From: Basidiobolus meristosporus CBS 931.73 | Taxonomy: Eukaryota > Fungi > Basidiobolomycota | Length of the DNA stretch: 64,000 nt | Assembly: GCA_002104905.1 (NCBI GenBank) | Contig: MCFE01000140.1 | Coordinates: forward strand, 1-64,000 | Reading direction: 5' to 3' | In this document: in pieces, positions 25,107 to 35,992 of the stretch | How positions within the stretch are numbered: the first letter of the stretch is position 1 | How the letters are laid out: every line of letters begins with the position of its first letter | Position numbers and translations under genes: made by a program | Notes under the pieces: generated by a model | Databases searched by the model: none | Told to the model about the DNA's origin: nothing | What the model saw: only the letters and a program-made list of their open reading frames with translations

Positions 25107-25772
25107 TCAGGGGGCGGCCGAATCCGTTTCAAACGACATACGAAAGTAGGGCAACGTGTCGGCCGGTCTCCACCACGAGGATGGGAAACGGCTCGGGGCC
25201 CTGGGCTTCTGTAGCTCCGACCGTAGAAACCCAAGGTGGCACTGGAAGCTCAGAGGGATCACCGCGCGCACCTCCGAGTGGGAGGTCGGGTGGTCGACCG
25301 GGACCTTCTCCACCAGGTAGGTCAGATGCCAGCAGTCCTTCACCACCTGGATGTTCATCCCGGTGGTGGTGAGGTTCAGGGGGTGGTGTTGGTAAGGCGG
25401 GGTGGGTCTCAGTCGACACACCGACCGCCATAGGTGGCATAGGTTGCGGGGCTTCGCGTGGTGGAACAGGTACTCCTCCCGTTTCAGGTGGAACGTGAGC
25501 CAATGCGTTTTCGGGTTGACGTGGACGGCGACCACGGTGCTTCGGAACGTCCCCACCTTGTCCTGTCCGAACTCCAGCACCGGAAGTCCTTGCTTACTGG
25601 GCCCCCCCTCCAGTAGTCGGCTCGCCTCCTCTAGCCTGTCCGTGGTGCAGTTCGACAGGTAGCTCACGAGGTGCGGGAATTTCATCGACTTCAATCCCGT
25701 CATGGTCCCGTAGTCGAGCCGTCCGCCGTGGTCTACGTCTTTCGTCGAGGTGATGAGTGAGCAAGGGGGCAT
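25107..25772 (-). CDS. Intronless orphan protein (221 aa), GC3-rich
   Basis: Open from ATG 25772 (MPPCSLITSTKDV...) with strong C/G third-position bias matching the neighbouring QTRT1. No motif recognised. Confidence 0.65.
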   Translation of the reverse strand: MPPCSLITSTKDVDHGGRLDYGTMTGLKSMKFPHLVSYLSNCTTDRLEEASRLLEGGPSKQGLPVLEFGQDKVGTFRSTVVAVHVNPKTHWLTFHLKREEYLFHHAKPRNLCHLWRSVCRLRPTPPYQHHPLNLTTTGMNIQVVKDCWHLTYLVEKVPVDHPTSHSEVRAVIPLSFQCHLGFLRSELQKPRAPSRFPSSWWRPADTLPYFRMSFETDSAAP

Positions 25773-27039
25773 GGGATTCTGGTGGGCAGGGTGGTGAGGG
25801 TCAAACGGAGCGAGTGTGCGTAGGTGTGGGTGTCGGTGGGAGCGCGTGTGTTGGAGGATCAGAGGATGGGTGAGTGGGTTGGATGCGCGCCCGAAGGGAA
25901 TAAATATCGACCCGAAGAAATTTTCGGGATCGATCGGTGGTGGGTGCACATCGCATCCAAGTAGTCACCCATCCGACAGACGCCTTCCACTGATCTCAGA
26001 TCCGCCTCCAGTCGACCAATCCACTCGTCCCCAGTGGATCGCGAGCCTGGCCATCCCTACCCACTTACCACCCAGGGTTAGGGGGAATGTTGCTTGGGTG
26101 CACCTTCCATATCCGGCCGCCGGATCCCGTCCTTCCTCTGCTCCCACTGGATTCTCACCATACGCCAGGTCGGATTAGTCCAACCCTCGCCCCAACTCTG
26201 TGGGCGATCCATGTTGCTTCCGATGATCTCCACCGTCCTACCCGGGGACTGACCGTTCTGGATCCCCAAGGACCCGGAGACAACCATCCCACGGCCTGAT
26301 TTGGTACCGAGTTGCTGGTCCGAGCTTCGATCCTAGACCCGGACCCGGAGGATCGATCAGGCCGGTGCTTGGTGGGACCGGACCTCTTCCAGTGGGGGGG
26401 GGGAGGGAGTTTGGTGAGGGTGCATCGACCCGGCCTCTCCCAGTCACTTGTCTTTCCTGTTACCATCATCCACTCCACCCCCGGCTCTCCAGCACTCTTT
26501 CAGATGTTTGGGACACTGGGCTTTCTCCGTCTCTCGAGCCATACCCAAACCCAGAACCGGGTCCCACCACGACAGGTGCTCTTGGTGGGTAAGCCCGGGA
26601 TCTCCCAGTGCTGCACGCCCAATAAGAGAATGGCGGGATTGGATCGGGGAGGAATTGTGGGGACACCAAGTGGAATATCTGCCAGTCGCCTGGTAGGTTC
26701 CGACGGAGAGGCCGACCCATCGGTCCTTCAGGGGGATTGGCAGGTGTGGAAGGTGCGATCTATCATCCAGGTTTGGTGAAAGAGAAGTGGTCAGGTATGG
26801 GGGCATCTGGGCAGCCCTGAGACATCCTTGGTCGCACCAATGCTCAGGTCCAACTCCAACCCCAACCCCAACTCCGACCCACATCCACGGCCCTACATCA
26901 ACAATCCCGTTGGGTTCCTTGGGAATGGTCAAGGCACCGACGGTTGACTGCTGGTTTTGGTTGGAAATATCTCGTTGACACCTAAGCCATTCGCATCCCT
27001 TAAGTGTCTAACTGGCCGATTGCCAAGTGATCTACCACT

Positions 27040-27533
27040 CATAAAAATGTGGGAGAGGAAGCCTTAAAGTACCAGAAGAAAGAACAAAGTGCCTTTAACT
27101 GCATTTGCCTTAATGTCAAAGACAAATGGCCAACCCAATGCTCAGGATCAAAAATGGCAACCAATGCCTGGAAATCATTAGAAGACACCTACCGGTCATG
27201 CTCAGCAGTTCAGAAAGAGTATCCTAGACAAAAACTCTTTACTACAAAGATGGTTCCGGGAGAAGAAATGAAATATCCAATCAAGAGGATTATCTTGTCA
27301 GTGGATAAAATGTTATCAGCAAGGGTATACACTGCCAATGAACACATGGTGGGGACCTTCTTGAATAGCCTGACTGACATGTTTCTGGACCTTGTATCAG
27401 CCCCAGAGTCCAGAACTGAAGATTTGACTTCACATCATGTATACAGAAGGCCCATGGATGAGGAATCAAGAAAATCAAGCACCAATAAGTAGGAAGAAGA
27501 AAGTGCTTCAATGAGCAATGACAACCACCAAAG
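27040..27533 (+). pseudogene. Ty1/copia gag fragment (old copy)
   Basis: Near-identical to the gag of the 35993 element (GEEALKYQKKEQSAFNCICLNVKDK). Truncated by the minus-strand LTR at 27534. Confidence 0.85.
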
Positions 27534-28255
27534 TGTTGTAGGATTCTTGGAGAGATTGGAAGTGACTGGGGAAACAAGTAGACCATGTGGGTTCACATAA
27601 TGATGTATTAAATGTCAAGGTAGTATTTATACTTTTACGTGGTCTTGACAAGACAAACTTGTAGAATATGCATGGGAAGATCCCAACAGCATGTGAGCAA
27701 AGTTAAAGGCCATTTAGACAACCTACCAAAATCTCATGTTCTGGGTACCTGGTTTTATGGTGAGAATATTCTGATGTCCCAATAAGTAATTTGGTCAGTA
27801 TTCTCTAGAATTTGTAGGTCACAATCTATGTGACTAAGCTGGGTGACTATTTAGTTTGAATTGAAGATTCTTACAACACTCCTACTAACTAAATACTCAT
27901 ATTAACTAATCCCAATTGTGTGCTAAGATATTCAAATATGTCATTAACCAATGGTTTGTTAAACATATCTGCAAGCATTTCATTTGTAGGATAGTAGGCT
28001 AAGTTAACTGAGCTGCTTTCTATAGCTTCATGTGTGAAATGATGTCTAATATCTATGTGCATAGTTCTTGCATGAAAAGCTGGATTTATACATATTTGTA
28101 TATATCCTTGATTATCCTGAAATAATATAGCAGGGGCCTTTTGACATGCATCCAGGTCTTTAAAAAGCTTTCCCAACCACATTGCTTCATTTGTAACCTC
28201 ACAGGTAGCCATATACTCTGTCTCTGTGATGGAACGTGTTATAGTTTGTGCCTTC
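27534..28255 (-). mobile_element. Older Ty1/copia copy: 3' LTR (27534-27878) and RNase H end
   Basis: Reverse complement of the family LTR with TG..CA ends, a PPT-like agtaggag, and RNase H motifs EYMATCE..AMWL and HIDIRHHF. Confidence 0.85.
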
Positions 28256-28399
28256 CCCTATGAAAAATAATTTGGTCCCATGGGTGGATCCAATCCAGAT
28301 CAGCCATCAGGATCCCATTTGGGGACTGTCATAATACCAGCAGCATGGAATCAGTGACCCTCTTAACAATCTTATGACAGGATCACAACAGCATTTAGC

Positions 28400-31192
28400 T
28401 AATTTTACTGCCAAATAAAGTTAAAAAACTTGATGGGGTTTGATTGGTGCTGTAGCAATAAGTGCATGGCATTGTTGTCTTAATGCACTCTACAACTATT
28501 TTAAATGGATCTAACCAGCCAGTACATCCAATTGCCTTATATGGCAAGAAACTTGACGGTGTTTTGACAGCCTCATTGCAAATCTCTGATGGCATTATCA
28601 TGGCAGTATGCCAGCCTACAGCAAGTTCTGTACAATGATGCCATAGCAATTTACCAAATGGTATTTCCTTTTTCTACCTCCCCATTTGCAATTCATATTT
28701 TCCACTGTAGAATCACCCCTCCTTATTTGCTTACCCACCACTACCTTGGGTATTCTACCTATAGTTCAAATCAAAAAATTCTATGGCCTCTTGCTTACTA
28801 ACCTCTACAAATGTGCACACCTGCCACAATTGACATACTTCTATCACCTCAACTCTACAGCTTTTTAGTGTGATATTTGCAAATTTGCCATATACCTTGT
28901 ACTGCTGGTAACATATACATCTTGCAAGCATACGCTTGGTTGCTGCCACTTCTGTCATGAATACCTCCTGAATCTCCACAAATAACCTTTTGGTATTTAG
29001 CCAATATTTTCCTGTCCCTGCTGGATTCTAGTCCCCCTTATAGGTGCACTCTGGCTCTTGCTTGAGTGAATTCCGTATTGAATGGCATAGAAGTTGGCTT
29101 GTGACCCTGAGAAACATGGCATACTTAGGTAGAGCTTTCCTAACAATAATTAGTTGCTTGTTGCACCTAACCCAACTTTGCATTACTTAACTGATTACCC
29201 ACACATTGGGGCTGCTTAGCTTCTTATTGCCATAAGCATAGGTTTCTCCATGTGCACATCTGTCCTCAGTATTTTCCAACTCTTCCTGGCTGTCCTCCAT
29301 TTACCAACTTATCACATCCATCACAGACTTGAAGGTAATATTCTTGATGAGATTGAGATATGGTAGTACCTGCAACTTGACTTGTCTTCCTATCTCCCCA
29401 CCAATCCACTCCATAGGAAGCTCCCAAAAGGTGAAGCAAGGCCCAATATTCTCCATACACCAAGAAAGATGGAGTAGAGAATGGATGCAGTAGCTACAGA
29501 GATCTATGTTTTCAGCTTTATGTGTGTAGTAGAGCTGCTCCAATCCCATTACAAACTCCTTGCACAACAGCAGTAGATGTGCCAAGTTAGGATTAATGAC
29601 CCGCTTCTGGATATATATTCTACAATGTCCACATATGACTCCCAATGCTTCCAATGTGCCCTTGGTAGGAATGGCTTCAGAACACCACTTGAATAAATAC
29701 ATATCCAGTTCATCCAGTCTTTGCATTTGTATTGTCACATATGTGTATGAATATTGATTGGGGCCCATGAGAAGTGCTTAGGGTAGCAGATACTCTGTAA
29801 TATTGTACCAGTTCTTTCAAATTTCCCCAGTATGCAGAAGGGCTCATTTAGCATGAAATGCCCCATGTACAATTTAGTCATCAGTATAGGGATATTGTTG
29901 AAAAGCAAATGCATTGCTCCCATTGCAAAGCTATTGCTCCAACGGATACCCTCTTTTGTAAGTAACTCCAGCTTCCAATTAATTCCATATTCCAACCAAT
30001 AGCTTATAGCTTGCCAACTTTGCTGCAATCTCATACTGACTTTGGTACATTCTCTCCATGGGAAGATGATATTCTTAGTGTTGGTGTTTGGGTAATAATA
30101 ATGTGTGTGAGCTATGGAGTAAGTCCCCTGGATCTCACACATTCAACAGCAATACCATCCATTGTGCCCAGAAAAGCCAGCTATCTTGCTGATGGCTGGG
30201 GTATCTCCAATGCAGATAATAATATGCACTTTGACATGATGGCTGTTTACTGTTATCCCACTGGAAAGCATACAAAACTCATCCAGCAATGGAGACAGGT
30301 AGCTATCCAGGTTGGATGGCAATATAGGCCTATATACCAGTGAGACTACCATCAGATTTCTGCTCTTATACTGTTAGAGTGGTGGCAGATTCATGTTGAT
30401 GAGAATCAGTGGCCAGCAGGATTTGCAGGTAGAGTACTTGTTTAATGTGAATCCATCAGGTGCCAAGGCAAAGGCATAGTCATATATACCATCAAAGTAG
30501 CCCTTACTTCTTAGCTGTTTGTAACATTTACCATCTAATATACTGGATATATTTGTGCTTGATTGACACTGAGTGCAGTACTTTATAGCTTTGCAATATT
30601 TGTTGGACTGCATGAGCTTCTTTAGATGGGGTATTACTGGAATATATCCAGAGTGTGAGCAATGTTTTTCCTCAATGGTGGTGGATTCCTGACAACTTGG
30701 ACATGTTACAATGGTGGCATTTTTGGATGTGAATGCCATGCAACTGTTAACACATGCTGGAATCAGGACAGTCTCTGGGTCATATGTTGCCAGCCACACA
30801 AGGGTTGTCCACTTGCACCATATATATTGCAGGTTGCATCCCAAGATGATTTTTGCAAGAAGTAGTAATAAATCCTCAAAGCCCCCATTACTGATATTAG
30901 GGGAAATGCACAACTTCTCTAGCCACAACATTACATCATTCACCAGTAGATGATTTAATGGGCTTACTTGGCTCCATAAAGTATCCTTGGCATTTGTTTC
31001 AATGGGTACTGTCACAAAGACAGCCATGTGCAAGTATAGAAGTATTAACTGGCTGGCAAGATAATATTGGTACAGTAGTGACTGATCAATGGTCAAATAT
31101 GCCTTGTGTAGCAAAACACTGGCTGTGATCTTTGTAATACTTCCTATGCTTTTGCAGTGCTCCATGGCTGATAGCATTGCTACAATGGCCAT
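28400..31192 (-). pseudogene. CACTA/Tnp2-type transposase, degenerate
   Basis: YIPVIPHL..ILDGKCY..ALAPDGF..CWPLILINMNLPP; LDSYLSPLLDE..IGDTPAISK..GHNGWYCC; HSLLHL..IGPCFTFWELPMEW. Stops and frameshifts are present. Confidence 0.85.
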
Positions 31193-31466
31193 ATGGTCTT
31201 TTTTCTCTTCTCTTGCAGCGTTGAATCAAAGTAGTCTTGTCCATGAGGCAAACAGCTTGACCTTCATTTACATGACACTATTATATCACTTTTTGTTCAA
31301 TACTCATGTGAAGTTAAGACAGTCTTGTATTTGAGACATTGCACCTACATGAATGTAAGATTCAATGATGACCTGCCATAGTAAGCATTATAAATACAGT
31401 TGTGGCACCACATACACACTTATATGTAAAACTGTCTCCCCTTTGGTTTGACTCACTTCAATATAT

Positions 31467-33352
31467 ATGCCACCAAAAAAAAAGCAAAGTTGTCTGGTTC
31501 TCAGCCAAACCCCACAGCTGACAGTAGCAGAAAAATCATTGGACAACAGCTTGCTTTGACATTCAGTGCAACAAGCGGGGCTACATCCAAAAAAGGCCTT
31601 GTTGACAGTGTGCCCACCAAAGGTAATAATGAAGACTCTTCAGGCTCTCAGTCAAGTAGGCAACTGAGAACCTCTGCAGAGCTGCAAGCTGACCATTATG
31701 CTCAGGCAGATGAGAGTGTAGCAAATGCAGTACCCTCAGTTGAAGACCAGCAAGTGGCCATCATAACATCACCATCACCCATATTAGCAAGTATGCTGCC
31801 AGCTCATACCAAAGCTTTAATGAAGTAATCAGGTGCAGTGGCTGATAGGATAGATGCTATGGCCTAGAGAAATCAGGAAATAGCCCAGAAACAGGATGAG
31901 CAGATAGGACATGTAGAGCAATCAATATTGCAGGTAGAGAAAGCAGTATCTTTACTGCAAAGAAGGAACTCAAGTAGCTCAATGTCACATCCAAGAATTG
32001 GGCCATTTCCCAATGTAACAGCAGAGATACACCATACAGTCTATAAAGTTCAACAACAGTGCCCAAAGATAAAGCCCACAGAAAAACCTATCACAGCATT
32101 GGAAGGAGACAATGAGGTGTTTATACCAAAGCCTAAAAATCCAAGACATTGAAGATCTGTAGGAGTTGTTGAGTGCAATGATAAAGAGTGGGCTAATATT
32201 CAAGAGGCTGTTAGAAGTCTAGCACACCATCACCTTAAGGCCACCCTACCATGGGACAATCAGGAACTCAAGGCCAAGCAGAATGCAGTTGACTTGCTCC
32301 ATGAGCATTATCCTGGACTCAAACAGGAAAAAAGACTTTGGGTCAGCATTGCTATGCTATGAGAGTATCTTAAGAGCAGCAGAAACTATCAAAGGCAGAA
32401 GTACAAGGGCACTATGGCTAAAAACCTGCAGCCTTCTCAAGAGCCTGTTACAAGCAGGGCCAAAAGATCCAAACAAGCATCAACAAGATAGCCGGTAGCT
32501 GGAAGAGTGCCAATAAGGGAAAAGCAGGCAGACACAGATGCACCAGCACAACATTTATCAAGCAAAAAGCGTATTACCACTCAACAAGCACTCAGTCAAA
32601 GTAGCAGTCAAGTACCTGGCAGTGATAAAAACCAGCAGCTTCCTCAGGAGCCTGTCACAACTACAGCTAAGAGCTCAAAACAAGCAGAAAAGAAATGTCA
32701 GGCCGCCAGGTGAGTGCCAGCCAGGGACAAGAAGGCCAAAACAGAGGTGTCAGAGCAGAATTTATCAAGGAGAAAACATATTTCATTACAAGAAGCACTC
32801 AGACAAAGTAGCAGTGAAAGACTGGGTAGTGATAAAGGAAAAGGCAAAGGGAAAAATGTTCACCCAAGACTGAGACAGGGAAGCATACAAAAAAAGCTGC
32901 AGTTCTTGCCAATTAACACCATAAGCCCAAAGCATACTGAGTCCCATCATAGCCAAGATGAATTACCAACAAGAAAACAGCTGCTTTCACAAGAGCTGGA
33001 AGTGCAGGCAGTTGAGCTACAATCCAGCTAGGTAGGGGAGTTTGCAGAGAAAGGCAATTTGTCTACCACAGCCTCCACATCATCCATTGTTGACAGAGGG
33101 GAGTTCCCACTGACAGACAAGGCTACAATGTCAGGAACTCAAAAGACTATCACAATGCCTTCAGTGAGTTTTTGCAACATTAATGGGTGCACCAAGTGGT
33201 TGCATCACTTCTTCAAGAGCAGTGCTCAAGAAAACACACTTGAATATTGCAAGGATTTATTGCAAAGACTGGCAGGTGAGGTGCTAGACCTTGTAATGCC
33301 AGCTGAAGCCCAGGATGTGTGGGAACCAGAGCATCACAGCAGAAATACTTAG
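31467..33352 (+). pseudogene. Second ORF of the CACTA-like element (divergent from the transposase), degenerate
   Basis: Starts MPPKKK. A long reading frame is broken by stops, several of them TGA/TAG compatible with CGA/CAG. Homologous segments recur in five other copies of the element. Confidence 0.65.
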
Positions 33353-33809
33353 TGAGTGGTGCATTTTAATGGAGTTACTTGCTGAGTGTGGGGTTGGGCT
33401 TAATGTTAGTTCAGGGTACAAGGACTTATATAGGTCAATACAATTGGCAATTTAGATACAACTGAAGTTCAATGGAAATAAGTCAATTTGTACACATAAA
33501 AAGTAAGAGAAACAGTTGAGTCAGAAAGCAAGGAGTGTGAAAAAGAGGCAATAGCCAATCAATGTACACAAACATAGGTGATCAAGTGTCTGGGATCAGA
33601 AAGTGCGCAAATTGGCAGGGAACCAATCAAAAGCCACTAATATATCATTGGGATAAAATATTTTGACTAAGTTTTTAGTGAAATCTGGGGTGTAATTATT
33701 TTTTGACAGTCTGAGCCTGGCTTCCTGACAGGATCAGTACCTCTTAGTCACAGGACTTTAAATTTGTGACAGCCTTTTGATGGGATCATCTTAATAATTT
33801 ATTTTAGGG

Positions 33810-34358
33810 TTTCTGGATTTCCATCAAATTGCTCCTTTGTAGTAAAGAATGATGTATCCTGTGGTACATCTTCTGTCTTCTATGATTTGTCACCAATCAG
33901 CATCAGAGTATCCCACAAGATCTTGTTCTGAACCCTTATAGGTGTACCTTAAGCAGATATCAGTAGTTCCTTTTAGGTATCTAAAAATCCACTTAACTAC
34001 TGCAATATGATCAGATCTATGGTTCCAATTGTACTGGCTGACAACTCCCACTGAATATGAGATATCTGGACATGTTCTAAGCATGATGTACATCAGACTG
34101 CCAACCATTGACTGATAAGGAAAGTCAAGGCTTTCAGATGGCACCAAGCTCAGTTGATCTAGTTGAGTTGTGATCAAGTTAAGATTTGTCTGCATTGGGT
34201 TAGTAGCAGGTTTATAGTCTTCCATTTGGTACTTCTTTGGTATATCTTGAACATACTAGGATTGGCTTAAGGAGATGATATGGATATCTCTGTCTATGGA
34301 GAATTTCATCACTTGGTAGTAACTTTGCTCTCCTAGATGAGACATCTTGAACTTCTTA
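33810..34358 (-). pseudogene. Continuation of the older copia (RT/RNase H)
   Basis: PYQSMVGSLMYIML..PDISYSVG..GYSDADW..KGAI.WKSRK joins in register to the 28255 flank. Confidence 0.85.
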
Positions 34359-35992
34359 CCCTATGAAAAAATAGTAGTGATGATCCCATCAGAAGACCAT
34401 TACAAGCTTTAAGTCCTATAACTAAGAGGCATTGATGCCATTAGAACACTTTGTTACAACCACTGAAAGAAAATTGCATCTCAAATTTCATCAAAAACTT
34501 GATCATAATTCTCATTACAGCAGCTTCCTATTTGCTGCTGAATTGTTCTCTGCCATTCCTCACACTTTCTGATCCCAGGCACTAAATCATCTCCTATGTT
34601 TGTGTTCATTAATTGGCTATTGCCTCTGTATAACACTGCTTACTTCTTGATGCAACTAAAGCTTAACTTTTTTGTGCATAAAAGTTAGTTTATTTCCAAT
34701 GAATATGCTGTTGTGGCTGAATTGTAGATTTTACAGACCTATACAAGTCCCTATTCCTAACAATACATCCTGGTCTTCTCATAACACTACAGGATCTAGC
34801 TCCTCCTCTTCCAGTCTTTGCAATAAATCCTTGTGGTATTCATGTGTTTTTCTTGTGCACTGCTCTTGAGAAAGTGCTGCATCCTCTTGCTGTGCCCATT
34901 ACTGTTGCAAAATTCACTGTAGGCATTTTGGTAGTCCTCTAATTTCTTGATGTTGCTGCTTTGCATGCCAGCAGGACCGCCTTTCTATCTTTAATAGGGG
35001 ATGCAGAGGCTGTGGTAGACAAAGTGCCTTTCTCTGCAAACTCATCTACCTCACTTGAGTGTGGCTCAGCAGGCTGTACTTTCAACTGTTGTGAGATCAG
35101 CTATAGTCTTGTTTGTAATTTTTCTTGGGTATTTTGGGATTCATACCACTTAAAGTCAACTATTCTATTCGTGAGAGCTGCAGCTTTTTCTCACATTACC
35201 CTTCCTCTGGTTTGGGTAGACTTTTTTACCTATACCTTAACATCCACCTTATCTTTATCACTGCCAGGTCTCTCACCACCATGTTGACTGCAGGCTACTG
35301 GTATTTTACTACATTTACTCCTTGATAAATGCTGCACAGCTGCATCTACCTGCTTGCCCCTAACTAGTACTCTTCAAGCTACCTGACTTTTCTTTACTGC
35401 TTTTTGAAGGTTTGGCCTTACTTGTAACAGGTGCTTGAGGAAATGTTGTGTTGTATTATGATAAGTTTGGGGCTTGTTCTACAATGTAGAAGCTAATCAA
35501 CAATATACAACAACTTCTAGTATGCTAATACTGATATAGTTTTTTGGGAGTTTGATATACCAATATAAGATATAACTTTCACTAATTTCCTCAATCTTAG
35601 GCTCAAAATATACTGTAGGCAGTGTTTATCACTTCTACAGTAGTGTTCTGACCTTCTGTTGACTAATGGGCTTATTTGCTTTTATAGTAACTTTTCCTTA
35701 TTTGGAAGTCACTTTCCTTTCTGGGAAAATATTTCCTAATATGGAAATTCTGAACTCCCCTTTAACCTAAAGGGGTGTGTAGTAGAAGTCTCCACAGGGG
35801 TCTTTAGACCTAAAGGGGTTTCTAAAGGAGTGTCTTTAGAGTAAAGGGGCATCTTGTAGTGATCTCTAAAGTGGACTTTACACTAAAGGGGTGCCTAAAG
35901 GGGGCTTCTTTAGAGTAAAGGGGTTCCCTAAAAGGGTCTCTAAACTAAAGGGGTGTCTTTAGAGTAAAGGGGTTTCTTAGAGGGGACTTTTC

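Larger units (their letters stand above)
28256..33809. mobile_element. EnSpm/CACTA-like DNA transposon, copy 1 (both ends present, ~5.55 kb)
   Basis: Imperfect TIR CCCTATGAAAAATA..ttattttaggg; subterminal TGAYRGGATCA motifs at both ends; Tnp2-type transposase inside. The flanks rejoin into a single copia RNase H sequence. Confidence 0.8.

Noticed and set aside
26312-26932. ORFs 26312-26779 (+, VLLVGKPG resembling a P-loop) and 26444-26932 (-)
   Set aside because: There is no GKS/T, the content is low-complexity with microsatellites, and open frames overlap on both strands as expected in GC-rich non-coding DNA. A gene cannot be fully excluded without RNA data.
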